Assembly: GCA_030390025.1 (NCBI GenBank)
Contig: CM059432.1
Coordinates: 46,192,001-46,256,000, forward strand
Origin: Squalus acanthias
Lineage: Eukaryota
Length of the DNA stretch: 64,000 bases
Direction of reading: 5' to 3'
Numbering within the stretch: position 1 is the first letter of the stretch; every line of letters begins with the position of its first letter. The notes under the pieces are model-generated. The model did not search any database. It saw only the letters and a list, made by a program, of their open reading frames with translations, and was not told the origin of the DNA. A program made the position numbers and the translations under genes. Below are positions 1 through 13,227 of the stretch, piece by piece.

Positions 1-219
1 CTTTGAAACTGATCGCAACTTTAGGATTTGGTGCATCCCAAAGTTGCGGTCAGTCATTGACAGCTCCGAAACAGGCTCCGCTGTGCCCTTCCCCCCGCAC
101 TGCCCCCCCCTCCCCCACCCCTCTCCCCCCCCCCCGCCCCCCACCCAAAGAGCCGGCAATCTGTGTAATCAGCCAAATCAGGGAATCTGACGAAAACTTC
201 AGCTATTCCGCAGTAATTA

Positions 220-2432
220 CATAGAAACATAGAAGATAGGAGCAGGAGTAGGCCATTCGGCCCCTCGAGCCTGCTCCGCCATTCGATGAGATCATGGTTG
301 ATCATCCAAACTCAGTACCCTGTCCCTGCCTTCTCCCCATATCCCTTGATACCTTTAGCCTTAAGAAATATATCTAACTCCTCCTTGAATATATTTACTG
401 ACTTGGCCTCAACTGCCTTCTGTGGTAGAGAATTTCACAGGTTCACCACTCTCTGGGTGAAGAAATTCCTCCTCATCTCTGTCCTAAATGGCTTACCCCT
501 TATCGTTAAACTGTGACCTCTTGTTCTGGACTCCCCCCGCCATCGGGAACATCCTTCCTGCATCCAGTCTGTCTAGCCCTGTTAGAATTTTATAAGTTTC
601 AATGAGATCTCCTCTCATTCTTCTAAACTCCAGAGAGTATAAGCCCAATTGACCCAATCTCTCCTTGTACGTCATTCCTGCCATCCCAGGTATCAGTCTG
701 ATGAATCTTCACTGCACATCCTCCATGGCAAGAACATCCTTCCTCAGATAAGGCGACCAAAACTGCACACAATACTCAAGGTGTGGTATCACCAAGGCCC
801 TGTACAGCTGCAGCAAGACATCCTTGTTCCTGTACTCAAACCCTCTCGCTACGAAGGCCAACATACCATTTGCCTTCTTAACTGCCTGCTGTACCTGCAT
901 GCTTACCTTCAGCGACTGGTGCACAAGGACACCCAGGCCTCGTTGCACTTCCCCTTCACCCAATCTATTGCCGTTCAGATAATAATCTGCCTTTCTGTTT
1001 TTGCCACCAAAGTGGATAACCCCGCATTTATCCACATTAAACTGCAACTGCCATGCATCTGCCCAATCACCCAATCTGTCCAAATCATACTGGAGTTTCT
1101 CGGCATCCTCCTCGCAGCACACACGCCCACCCAGCTTTGTGTCATCTGCAAACTTGGAGATATTACATCTAGTTCCATCATCTAGATCATTAATATATAT
1201 AATGAATAGCTGGGGTCCTAGGACCGATCCCTGCGGAACCCCACTAGTCACTGCCTGCCACTCGGAAAAAGACCCGTTTATTCCAACTCTTTGCTTCCTG
1301 TCTGCCAACCAGTTCTCTATCCAAGTCAGTACCTTGCCCCCAATCCCATGTGCCTTAATTTTGCACGCTAATCTCTTATGCGGGACCTTATTGAAAGCCT
1401 TCTGAAAGTCCAAATACACCACATCCACTGGTTCTCCCTTATCTATTCTATCAGTTACATCCTCAAAAAATTCCAGTATATTAGTCAAGCACGATTTACC
1501 TTTTGTAAATCCATGTTGACTTTGTCCAATCCTGTCACTGTTTTCCAAGTGCTCTGCTATTACATCTTTTATAATGGACTCTAGCATTTTCCCCATAACC
1601 GATGTCAGGCTTACCGGTCTATAATTCCCCGTTTTTTCTTTACCACCTTTTTTAAACAGTGGGGTAACATTAGCTACCCTCCAATCCATGGGAACTGTTC
1701 CAGAGTCTATAGAATTTTGGAAGATGACCAGCAATGCATCTATTATTTCTAGGGCCACTTCCTTAAGTACCCTAGGATGTAGATTATCAGGCCCTGGGGA
1801 TTTATCGGCCTTTAATGCCATCAATTTCCCTACCACCATTTCCCTACAAATACTGATTTCATTCAGTTCCTCCCTCTCATTAGACCCTATGTTCCCCGAC
1901 ATCTCTGGGAGGTTATTTGTGTTCTCCTTTGTGAAGACAGAGCCAAAGTATGTATTTAATTGGCCTGCCATTTCTTTGTTTCCCATTATAAATTCCCCTG
2001 ATTCTGACTGCAAGGGACCTACGCTTGACTTCACCAATCTTTTTCTCTTCACATATTTATAAAAGTTTTTACAGTCAGTTTTTATGTTCCCTGCAAGCTT
2101 ACGCTCGTACTCTATTTTCCCCCTCTAAATTAATCCCTTTGTCCTCCCTTGCTGAATCCTAAACTGCTCCCAATCCTCAGGTTTACTGCTTTTTCTGGCC
2201 AATTTATATGTCCTCTCCTTGGATCTTATGCTATCCCTGATTTCCCTCGTCAGCCATGGTTGAGTCACCTTTTTTTTTTAATTTTTATGCCAGACAGGGA
2301 TGAACAAATTCTGTAGTTCATCCATGCGATCTTTGAATGTTTGCCATTGCCTATCCATCGTCAACCCTTTGAGTGACATTCCCCAATCTATTCTATCCAA
2401 CTCGCGCCTCATACCATCGTAGTTTCCTTTAT
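220..2432 (-). mobile_element. CR1-type LINE, 5'-truncated (RT region + 3' UTR)
   Basis: ORF 709..2052(-) has CR1 RT motifs [44 protein letters not shown]; (CATAGAAA)n tail at 220-234. Confidence 0.95.
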
Positions 2433-3366
2433 TACGCTGTTAAATTCCCCACTAAAAATTAGACCCGAAGGGATTATGTGTACCTGGGGTTTTTACAGCG
2501 TTATTACTTCTAAACAAATGTTAAGGGCTTGGAAAACTCATTTTAATTCTGTGCAGTGTGAAATTTGTCCATTTTAATAAAAATTTAAATTTTTCAGAAA
2601 CTTTTTAAAAAGCTTTCTTTTTAAAGTTTGTCCATCTTTATTTCAGGTTTGCCTTTCCTCATGTGAGAGCCCCAATCTTGCTTTTGCTCTCTCTACCTGT
2701 TTTAAAAAATTAGAATTTTAAGAGCTTACTCACTTCCTTGTTCACTGTCTGTAAGAATTCTGCCTTTTGATTGGCTGCTTAGTCAGACTGTTGATGTCGC
2801 AGCAGCTTGAACAAGGGAATCCTTACTGCAGTTCATTGATTTGAATTGAAGGTCGGAAAACCCATGATATTGGGGCCTAAATTTCTTAGCGCCCGCCGCA
2901 AAATGGGCACAATTCCAGCAAACAAGTTTAGAAGTCCAGATCTGAAATGAGCCTTGCACTCATTTCAGGCAGTTGCCAGGACCGCCTAAAAAAAGGCCCT
3001 GATCAATTTGACAGTGGCCCAAACCTCTATGTAGATTAGGACTGGGCCTCTGCACTGCTAAATTAATGATTGTTACGTCCTTGTCCTGCTCCATTTGAGT
3101 TGGCTAGAGTGTCCTGTGTCTAGTGACACACGAGGCAACCCATTTGTTCCACTACTATCTGTCCAGAGCAAGATATTTTACTCCATTGCAGTATCATCTT
3201 GCTTTACGTACAGCAGATCGTGGTTCTGCACAGTTGGCGTTTATATTTGCAAGTCCGTAACAGACATGTCCTGTCACTGGGTTTATCAAGGCTAACGGCG
3301 GAGCGGTGCAAATCATCCAGGAATTTGTGGAGAATCGGAACTCATGGTGTATCTCTTATTCACCTA

Positions 3367-4080
3367 GGGGGAAAAATTCAGTTGCTTTGTGCCTCCCGTT
3401 AGCGCCCCGCAAAGCAACTAGCACTCGGGCGCGGTGCCCGCTAACGCCTCCCGCCAAATTCAGCGGGAGGTTAGTGGCAGCGGTAGCCGGTAGTGCCCCG
3501 TGGCGCTGCGCCTCCGGCACTGATGTTATCACCATGCACAGCGCCCCGCTCGCACCCCAGCCGCAAACTTGGCTCTCACTCCCTGACGTACCGCCGGACG
3601 CGATGTCCGACAGGGTCATGGTGGCATTTTTGCGGTCGGGGCGGCGATAATTAAACGGCAGGTGCCAGACGGCCATTTTGCTTTGGGCCGCCTGCCAGCA
3701 CCTGCCCCCTCTGGCCTCCTCCTGCGGGTTGCCGGCCGCGATCTGTCAGCCCGGCACTCCTCTTGAGTGCCGGGCTGCTTTCCCGGCACCCCACTCCCCG
3801 GTGGTCCAACAGCGCTAGTCCCTTCCCCTTTAATCAGGGGAGGGAGGCTGCAGTACTGTGCGTTACGTGCCGGCACGTGTGGCGCTGCTGCATGTGGCGC
3901 CGCGATATTCAATGGGAGCGCCCCAAGAGGGAGGGGGAGCGCTTGCAGTAGTGCCCCGCCTCCTGCTTGGGGCGCTGCCATTGAATTTCGGGCGCGGGGG
4001 CGCTAACTTTTTCGGGGCACTAAAAGTAGCACCCCGGCGAAGTTAGCGCCCCAAAGGGGGTGCGAGCCAATTTTCACTCT
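3367..4080. mobile_element. Non-autonomous Harbinger-type MITE
   Basis: Left end GGGGGAAAAATTCAGTTG is identical to the right TIR of the Harbinger ending at 29058; imperfect TIR at the other end; 3-bp TSD CTA (3364-3366 / 4081-4083); many TTAGCGCC motifs. Confidence 0.8.
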
Positions 4081-4110
4081 CTATTCCTTTAAATCTACTT
4101 TAAAATGGCT

Positions 4111-4450
4111 GTGGTAGTGGTTATGTTACTGGACTAGTAATCCAGAAATGTGAATTCATGATCCCACCATAGCAGTTTGAGAATTTGAATTCAGTGTTAA
4201 GAAATCAGCAAAAGTGAGCATGAAGCTGTTGGATTGTTGTAAAAACACAATTGGTTCACTAATGTCCTTTTCGGGTAGGAATGCTGCTGCCCTTACCTGA
4301 TCCGGCCTATATGAGCCTCCAGTCCCACACCAATGTGGTTGATTCTTAACTGCACTCTGTAGTGGTCTCGCAAGCCACTCAATCATATCAAACTCTCAGG
4401 GCAACTAGGGATGGGCAATAAATGCTGATGCCCACATCCTGAGAATGAGT
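4111..4450 (+). mobile_element. tRNA-headed DeuSINE (SacSINE1-like)
   Basis: Degenerate A/B boxes, Deu-like core (GGTTCACTAATGTCC...CAATGTGGTTGATTCTTAACTGC), 3' tail GGGCAACTAGGGATGGGCAATAAATGCT shared with the LINE at 29470-32553. Confidence 0.75.
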
Positions 4451-5010
4451 TAAACAAATTTCAATTTATTGTGCAGTTATTCAAAAATAATGAGAACAAT
4501 ATATGCAGTTTTGAACATCTAGTTTTTATGTTCTCAGCACTTGAAGTATTTATAATATAACCTTTGAGGTAGCGGCCTCTTTAGCTGTCATATTAATATT
4601 GTGATGTAGGATCAGTGTGGAGGCTAGTCAAAAAGATATCCTGATTCCTGTTCAATGGTTTTATATGGACTCCGCTGTTTATAGCTGATGTGTCAACATA
4701 GTGGACTTACAGTGGCTTCTTTCTGGAGGATTACTGGTATTGCTTTAGATTAGAAATAAGTCTACTTATCCACCCACATTCCTCTCCAGCACAGAGCTGG
4801 AAATGATCAGCATGACTCAGATCAGCATGTACTAAAAGCTACATTGGGCTGCATTTTGCTCTGAGCAGCAATGCCATTCATTACACTCGCACTTGCCCAT
4901 AGACTTTCTCTGGGCTTTTGCACAGCAAGTTCCTGTCAGCCAACCATCCAAAAAGTGCAGCGCCCTCTACAGGGCATCTGGGACTTGTGTGAATGGGCAA
5001 GCAACTCTAT

Positions 5011-5754
5011 GGGCTAGAAATTCCGTAGTGCCCCAGGGGCGCTAACTTTTGAAAAGTAGAAAAAGTAGCGCCAGGCGCTAATGATTCTCTCCTGCCGGGA
5101 AATTCAGCTTTCGCGCTCCAAGAGGGAAGTGGAGCACTAAATCAAGCGTTAACCACTTCTCTTAGGGCGCTAAAGTCCGGGAGCGGGGCGGTAGCGGCAG
5201 AGCGCCGAACAATTTGGAGCGCATCGCTAACGGCATCAGAGGCTGCTTCCCTCACTTAAAGGGAAGGGCCAATGATGGTGCACAACCTACTTGTCGGCAG
5301 GTCTGTGTTGCAAGGTGACCCGTGCGACTGCCATTACAGCCCCAAACACACTCTCAAAGTGGAGGGCTTGGACATCTTGCAGCAATGAAACATCAAAAAC
5401 TTTGAGCAGGCACCTGACTGGTGCAAATAATAAAGGTTGGCCTACCTGAAAACCATTCCCTTTAATTAGCGCGCCCCAAGTGGCCAGCCGAGTTGACAAC
5501 TCTTCTTCCTGCCATTGTTCACGCCCGGCGATACAGCAGGGAGCAGGAGGCAATTTCACATCCGGGCGATAATGGGGCACTGCGCACTTTATGACATCAT
5601 GATCTGCGAGATGCTAGAGGCCCAGGCGGTAAGGACCGGCACTGAAGTTCGCGGGCGTCGCTGCATTCGCCGTGCCGGCCACTGACCCCTTAGTGCCCCA
5701 TTAGTGCCACCCCAGGTGCTAACGGGAGGTGCTAACCAACCGAATTTATCCCCC
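5011..5754. mobile_element. Non-autonomous Harbinger-type MITE
   Basis: Ends GGGCTAGAAATT...AATTTATCCCCC; the right end (GCTAACGGGAGGTGC..CCAAC.GAATTT) matches 29020-29058; no clean TSD. Confidence 0.7.
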
Positions 5755-6033
5755 CAAATCTCCTTAAGGAATCGTTAATGAGCAGCACAGAGTCTGAACC
5801 AGGTAGTGTCAGTTAGAATAGTGAATTCCATGTCAAATCAGGGACAAAGCAAAATAAAGAACTGGAAAGGCAGATTGTACTAAGAGAAATAAAAAAGACA
5901 GAAAGAAAAAGTAAAAAAAAATGAATGTTACTTTTTTTTAAATCTCGAACAATAATTAAAAGCTGAAGAAATGAGACTCCACATTTGTAAAAGTTAATTT
6001 TCAGTTCCAGAGAGGTTGTTTGGCAATAATTAA

Positions 6034-6899
6034 GGCCGCGATTTTGTCAGCGGTGTCGGGATGGGTGTGGGACAGCTGGGTTCCGGCTTCCAGTCCTGCC
6101 CCCAGCTGCCTCCGCTCCACAGACGTGATTTTCCCTTGATTGACCTTGTTAAGCCCACCCTGCGGGCTTACCGGCTAATTAACAGGAAGCGGATCTGATG
6201 ACGTCATTTGATGACGCGTCACCTGCCGGTTTCCTTAAAGGAACCATGCACAATTTTATTTTGACAGTTGATTTCTCAGTGTTTGACAGCATTGAGGTGC
6301 TGAAAACACTGATAATCACTGCACAAAGGTGAACTCTTGCGCCCAGGATCTCCAATGACTCCCTCCATATGCTGGAATAGATGGCAGCTGCAGGTGAGAT
6401 GGCAGAAGCAATCTGTCACTGGTGAGAGTGGTTCTCCCAATGAGGTGGCACTGGACATGGATTTAAAAAGTTGTAAGCTAAAGAAATCTGTAAATGTTTT
6501 AAAAATGCAGTACCCAACATTTTCTTTGCTCTGAAACTCACCATGTGCAACATTGGATCCTTCACACCACTTCTGCAGCTGTCATCTTTTCACAAACATT
6601 ACACCAGACTCACAACACGCCACACTTACCTGGCGTGGTGTCCGGACGTCGGGAAACCCGACCCAGAAGCGGGAAAATCTAAAAACAGGCTGAAAACTAC
6701 TGACAAGTAGCTGTTAATAGGCAGGTAATTGCCTTTAATCTGTTTCCCGCCACTAGGTGTCGGGTCCATTCGCAAATCGGGGATCCAACACTTGGGAAAG
6801 CTGTCTGGAGGCGGGTTGACGGCAGGTTCGGGACGCGCCATCGATCAATAGCACTTTAACCTCTGATCCGCCTCTCTGAGCGGCGGCAAAATCACAGCC
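6034..6899. mobile_element. Non-autonomous TIR element (Harbinger-like)
   Basis: Imperfect TIRs GGCCGCGATTTTG / CAAAATCACAGCC; flanks TAA / TTA. Confidence 0.55.
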
Positions 6900-7835
6900 T
6901 TAGACTTACCAAGTCAGATGGTGAGATGCCATTTTCACACAGTTTCTGGAGGAGCAGGGCATTTCGGACAGCAACATCCTGATTTCCATGTTTAACTGCA
7001 CATGTGTGGTCGCTGGAAGTTGCTGTCCAATTTTCACATAAATAACGGAGTGCTGATAGCCTCACATGGCCAGAATTTTAACCTAAACAACGGGTGGGTT
7101 TGGAGTGTGGGGGTAATTAAATTGTTAAAAATGGGATTCCCGACCTGATCCCGTCTCCAACCCACGCACTTCCGGTTTTAACGGAGACGGGATGGGGGTA
7201 CGACGGGGGGCGGGTGAACAATCCGCTCCCAGGAGGTGGAACGTCAATTTAAATATTATAATGAGGCTGGAAGCCTCTTTTTTAACCTCCATTTTGTTTT
7301 TAACAGCATGTGGACGGTTTCACAGAATTTTTAAAACCCAGCAGTTAAAGTGAGGTGGGGACTGCTGGATCCAGGAGGTAAGTGGCTTTATACCTAACTC
7401 CTGGATCCAGGATCCCTGCCTAACACCACTCCCCCCCCCCCACCACCGATGATGCTGAGGCCGGCCACAACCCTCTGGTGGCCAGCCCCGATTTACTGTT
7501 CACCCACCTCAATCACTGCCCGACCCTTCCCTCCGATCACCTGCCCCCTCCCCCTAATCCTTCTCACAGCTCGAACCCCGGTCTTCCCTCCCCCCCAATG
7601 CTTCCCCCGGCCCGAAACCCAGTTGTCTCCTCCCTCCTCGATGCTTCCCCCGGCCTGGCTCTTGGGCGAACCCTCTCACCCTGTTCTGTGCGGCCACAGG
7701 CCTACCCGCCCGCAGCCAGCCAGCCTCTCAATCTGGCAGGCTGCAGGCGGGAAACCGAGGCCTCACATGCAATTCAGGCCCTGCCGTTAAAGTCAGCATG
7801 GCCTGTGGGAAACCCGGCCTCCCAGGTTTCCCGAC

Positions 7836-10540
7836 CATATTGTTCAAAAAAGGATATAAAGATAAACCTAGCAACTACAGGCCAGTCAGTTTGACCTCGG
7901 TAGTGGGGAAGCTTTTAGAAACAGTAATCAGGGACAAAATTAACAGTCACTTGGATAGGTGTGGATTAATTAAGGAAAGTCAGCATGGATTTGTTAAAGG
8001 CGCTAACTAACTTGATTGAGTTCTTTGATGAGGTAACAGAGAGGGTTGATGAGGATAATGCGGTTGACGTGGTGTACATGGATTTCCAAAAGGTGTTCGA
8101 AAAAGTGCCACATAATAAGCTTGCCAGCACAGTTGAAGCTCATGGAATAAAAGGGACAGTGGCAACATGGATACGGATTGGCTAAGTGATAGGAAACAGA
8201 GAGTAGTGGTGAACGGTTGTTTTTCGGACTGGGGGAAGGTATACAGTGGTGTTCCCCAGGGGTCGGTACTGGGCCCACTGCTTTTCTGATATATATTAAT
8301 GACTTGGACGAGGGTGTACAGGGCACAATTTAAAAATTTGCAGATGACACAAAACTTGGAAGTATAGTGAACAGTGAGGAGGATAGTGATAGACTTTAGG
8401 AAGACATAGACAGGCTGGGGTGAAGGGATAATTACCAGTCCTAGCCCCTTTAGGGCTACCCCAGATCAGGCGTATTCCTCAGACGTTCACTTTCAACTAA
8501 AGTTAGAGGAAGCCGAATCCTAAAGATGCTTAATTGGATCTAAAGGTCCAGACTATCTCTCCCTAAAGGAAAGGAACAACCTGAAGATGTTACCATCCTC
8601 CAGATAGCACTTTTAATAAGTTTATCTAGACTGTAACGTTCCGGATATTATGAGGGTCCGGAAAACTCCCCCAGAATTCTGCAACTCCTCACCAAAGAGC
8701 GTACAGAGATTGAGTTCACGAGTTTGATACAGAAGTACTATGTGAGACAATTCTAAAAATATATAGATTTATTAAAGAGCCGACATGTAATTACAGTAGG
8801 TGTTTCAATTGTAACATTAACAGTTCCAAATACAAAAATCTTACAATTCTATTATCAGAGATCCTTATTCTCAAATCTTAACTTTGTTAGTTTTACAGTT
8901 CTTAGTTTATTCCAGGATATCCACCAAAATCAAATACAAGTACCTTAATCCCTGAGACTCAAAGAGTTGTAGACTTACAGAGCTTGCCTCTGAAGCTGAG
9001 AATCGCTTTGCCCCTTTACAGCGAATCTATCATCCCATTCGAAAGTTAAATTTTTATACCCTTTCTCAGTGGTATTTCCTTGGCCCCTGCGATTCTTACA
9101 GTCAGTTCAGCTGGTAGCATTAAGAATTATGTCTCTACCTTTAGGTGTTCGAAGCTTATCATAAAAATGATGTGGAGCAGGTGCATCTATTTGATGACAT
9201 TCTTACGAAGGTCTTCTGTTTGTGTCTTTTTACGACGTGTAAATTGAAAACACCTCAACTGGGTGCACCATTGTCTTCTTAGTTACCTCAGCTGTTTGCA
9301 ACACAGACTCGTGTCTCCTAGGTGTTCCAAGTTCAACACAAAAACAATGTGACGGCTAGTGCTTCCCCATTTGATGCCATTCCCATGAAGGCATATGTTT
9401 CTTAATTTCCTGTGTTTGTTTACAAAGTGTACTTTAAAACACCTTAACAGGGTATACCATTGTGTTCTTTCCGAAGCTTCAGACTTTCAGGAACCTCCAA
9501 CCTCCTGTTTCAATAAGGCTATTGGTTCAGTGTCAACAACTTATCTTATCTCAATAGCCTGTATGCTGTTTACAGCTTTTCCATTGTTGAGGCTTCCAGA
9601 TTTCCAGACCTAGTTTGTCATGTTTTAATAAAGTCAAAATTCTTTCATAGGATGGTGTATTTTTCTGAATATGGCTTATTCCTTCACAGGAGAAATGGGC
9701 AGACATGTAGCAGATGAAATTTAACACAGAAAAGTGTGAAGAGATACATTTTGGTAGAAAGAATGAGGAGAGGATATATAAACTAAATGGTACAATCCTG
9801 AAGGGGGTGCACGAACAGAGAGGCCTGGGGGTATGTGTGCACAAATCATTGAAGGTGGCAGGGCAGGTTGAGAAAGCAGTTAAAAAGGCTTATGGGATCC
9901 TAGGCTTCACAAATAGTGGTATAGAGTACAAAAGTGTGGAAATTATGATGAACCTGTATAAAACACTAGTTCGGCCCCAACTGGAGTACTGTGTCCAATT
10001 CTGGGCACCACACTTTAGGAAGGATGTGAAGGCCTTAGAGAAGGTGCAGAAAAGATTTATGAGAATGATTCCAGGAATGAGGGACTTCAGTTATGTTGAT
10101 AGACTGGGGAAGTTGGGGTTGTTCTCCTTGGAGCAGGGAAGATTGAGAGGAGATTTGATAGAGGTGTTCAAAATCATGAGGGGTCTGAACAGAGTAGATA
10201 GAGGGAAACTGTTCCCATTGGCAGAAGGGTCAAGAACCAGAGGACACAGATTTAAGGTGATTGGCTAAAGAACCAAAGGCGACGTAAGAAAAAACTTTTT
10301 TACGCAGCAAGTGGTTAAGATCTGGAATGCACTGCCTGAAAGGGTGATGGAGGCAAATTCAATCGTGGCGTTCAAAAGGGAGTTTGATAAGTATCTGAAG
10401 GAAAGAAATTTGCAGGGCTACGGGGAAAGGGCAGGGGGAGTGGGACTAGCTGAAGTGCTCTTGCAGAGAGCCGGCACGGGCTCGACGGACCGAATGGCCT
10501 TCTTCCGTGCTGTAACCATTCTATGATTCTGTGATTCTAT
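7836..10540 (+). mobile_element. CR1 LINE, 5'-truncated, interrupted by a solo LTR
   Basis: Frameshifted RT pieces ([27 protein letters not shown]); sequence resumes at 9689 after the insert; tail CTATGATTCTGTGATTCTAT at 10521-10540. Confidence 0.9.
8421..9688 (-). mobile_element. Solo LTR (1268 bp)
   Basis: TG...CA ends with inverted repeat (TGAAGGGATA / TATTCCTTCACA); flanks GGGG / GGAG; minus-strand TATAAAAA near 9052-9058 and AATAAA near 8768-8773; interrupts CR1 coding sequence. Confidence 0.75.
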
Positions 10541-12121
10541 CGGAGCCCGCCCGCCACCAACCCGCCTTCCACCAGAAAATTCCGGCCACTGTTATTTCTG
10601 CCGCAGAATCTGGCCCAATATAAAATCATTTTCAAATGTGGAAATGTATATTGAATCCATTTCAAGGAGGCAGCACATTCTGAACACTGCCTGCAGCTAC
10701 ATTATATTGGTGCTTTTAAAGTCAAAATTAAAACATTAAATATTGCTGGGGGTGAAGTTATTACAAAGTGCTGACACATCATCAGCTGGCCAATATAAAC
10801 ATGCTAATTCAGAGGAAGCATACTGAAGTGCACTAATTACCACACTCAATCTATATATGACATATCTAAAAATATACTTTATAATTTGCTTTTATTTTAA
10901 TTTTCTGTGTAAATTTTGTTCTCGTCAAGGTGAAAATGTTGTAGGAAAGAATATGAGACTTTCTATTGCATGCACCCAATGTCAGCCTGGAACAATCCCA
11001 GGTCAGGTATAGCACTTTTCGAAGTAGTGTGAAGCCCTTTTCACTGTGCCCCAATAATAGATCCTTAGCCCCAACTTCGTAAAAACAACCTAGCTGCCTG
11101 TTTCTTGCCTGAAAAACAGGCAGTCAGCAGTTAAAAATCAGGGGGGGGGGGCACCTTAGCCACCCCAATGATGCCCAAGGCCAGTGATGTAATTTTCAGG
11201 CTGGCCTGCAAATGGGTGATCAGCATGCCGACCTGTGTCAGGCAAGAGGCTGCTTACATATGCAAAATCCGGGCGCTATGCTGGTTGTAGGACCCCGCTT
11301 ACAACTTTCAGGTACAAATGAGCAGAGTGAGTGCCACGCAACTCTTCACATTTGTACCAGCCAGTGAGCAGCGTAACCAGCATTCCTAAAGGGGGGGTAT
11401 TTATGTGGGGCTCCACAAAATTACTGTAGCCTACCTTCCACCTCCTCTTTGATGGCCCCCCCCCCACCCCCCCCCCCCCCCCCGCCCACCACACCTCAGG
11501 CCCGACGTGCTGGCCAGCTCACCTGTTTGGTGCCCGCAGCTCAGCCAGCTACATTTAGATCAGTACCAAACCTGAAAGTGGTTCAGACCTCCCAACATGC
11601 CATCAGGAGGATGGTGCAGCTGCCCCGCTGACATCATGCCTGTTTGAGGCAGTAGTTGAAAATCCCCCCCCCGCCACAGTGTGTTCAAAGCTCAGTTTGG
11701 ATAGGACCCTTACAACCAGGAACCAAAAGAGACTTTAGTTTATGCTAGATTTGAACCTAACTCTGGGAAGTGAAAAGCCAGTGAAAACCCATTGCAGCAG
11801 CAGCCTATCATAAAAGTAGAATTTTTATCTGAATATAGTGAAAATGCATTCAGAATATTTACTAATCTATTTTTTAGGTTGTTATCTTCCAATGACTACA
11901 CAAATTTTTATTTTCCACCCATTTTTCAATTCACTTGTTCCCTCTCATCCCTATTTTCTCAGGTACTTGCATTCAAAGGGCAGAGCAAGCAGGGTGAGAT
12001 AAGTGGAGGAAAATCCAGTCCTTCATCATGCGCAGGGTCCAAAACTGAACACAATACTCCAAGTTCAGCCTTATATAAGCTAATTCTAGTACTCTTCATT
12101 TTGTACTCCTAGTAGCACAAC

Positions 12122-13153
12122 TGTAGCACCAGCTTTCTGGCTATTTTTATGAATCACATTTTATATCCAAAACCCCAAGAAAGAACTGTACTGTTGGGCA
12201 AGTTTGTGGGAGTGGCTCAGGGATAGGATTGCAAGCCAGGCTAACCTGACTAAGGTGTATTCATATGCAAATGAACATCTCACACTGACAGGCTGGGTGG
12301 AAGGGAACCCAGGCCGATTGACGTCATCACCATCTAACATGATTACTGGGAACAATACCCCAAGAGGTAACTCAGAGACACTATGCCCTCACATCAATAA
12401 AGCTCAGTCCCAACCGAAACTGGTGGAAGGCAGGAGATGGCCAGGCCATTGTCTTCCAGGAGATAAGCCAGTTAAGCAAGTTCGGTTTGAGATTGAAACC
12501 CATTACCTGCTAATGGGGGCCATCAACTCAGGAAACGACAGACATCCAGTAATCAGCACTCATTGTCTCTCCAGGTGCCAGGCCTGGGAGCGGAGAAATG
12601 GAATATCATTTTTCACAAAGATTTCAAAGGTCATGAGTCACTCCAGGCCACAGGAGGGTCCAGTCAGATCACCTGAGTCAATACATCGATCAGTATTGGC
12701 GGGATAAAAAGGTTTTGGGTATATAGGAGCCGTTCGGGGGCTGCTCTCTCTCTCTCTTCTCCTCGGCGTCAATCTGCAGCGAGTCTCCCGAGTGGGGCTT
12801 GGCTCGACGGAACACCGCCAGAAGCTGAGCGCTGCTCTTCAACCCTCATCAACGGACCTCGACTCAAACTGGAACTAACCAAACCTTAGAGGGTTTAGTG
12901 CTGGGGTCCTGTGTTAGTTTATTTCACGGGAGGGTTCTTTTACTAGTCCGTGGTAATTTAGCACTGGTATGGCTTGTTGGACAGGCCAGGGTTGTATTGT
13001 TTTGTACTGTTACGAGTGTCATTGTTAATCCGATTAAACACAATATGGTTGAGCTCAAACGGGTGTCCGAGTCTGATCTGTCCATATAATCCCTATCATC
13101 CAGAACTTGTAGTAAGAGGTGTGTTTTCAGTGCGCCCGAGAAAACCCCTTACA
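12122..13153 (+). repeat. E1 5' LTR
   Basis: TGTAGCA...CCCCTTACA; direct repeat of 21369-23110 with a few percent mismatch; lacks the 148 bp found at 22126-22273; ATTAAA at 13033. Confidence 0.95.
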
Positions 13154-13158
13154 GAGAT

Positions 13159-13176
13159 TGGTGATAGCTGGCAGGA
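13159..13176 (+). promoter_or_regulatory. E1 primer-binding site (tRNA-Ser-like, imperfect)
   Basis: TGGTGATAGCTGGCAGGA, 5 nt after the LTR; resembles the complement of a vertebrate tRNA-Ser 3' end (TGGCGTAGTCGGCAGGA, recalled from memory). Confidence 0.55.
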
Positions 13177-13227
13177 CGATAGGTTTTGTGTCAGATCATA
13201 GACAGTTTTAAGGGCAAGAGGCCCGGA

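Larger units (their letters stand above)
7068..10587. mobile_element. Non-autonomous TIR element split by a CR1
   Basis: TIRs GGCCAGAATTTT / AAAATTCCGGCC; TSD not clean. Confidence 0.5.
4846..10616. mobile_element. Old non-autonomous TIR (Harbinger-like) element hosting several nested insertions
   Basis: Imperfect TIRs GGGCTGCATTTTGC / GCAGAATCTGGCCC; flanks ATT / AAT. Confidence 0.45.

Noticed and set aside
3095..3360. Coding exon
   Set aside because: Short ORFs with no motif or convincing splice sites.
11792..12112. Host exon after the TTTTCTCAG acceptor
   Set aside because: The minus strand reads TTGGAGTATTGTGTTCAGTTTTGG (CR1 LEYCVQFW), so it is an old LINE remnant.
12204..12707. 167-codon ORF in E1 U3 as an accessory gene
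   Set aside because: Non-ATG start, frame differs between the two LTRs, no counterpart in E2 and no recognisable motif.
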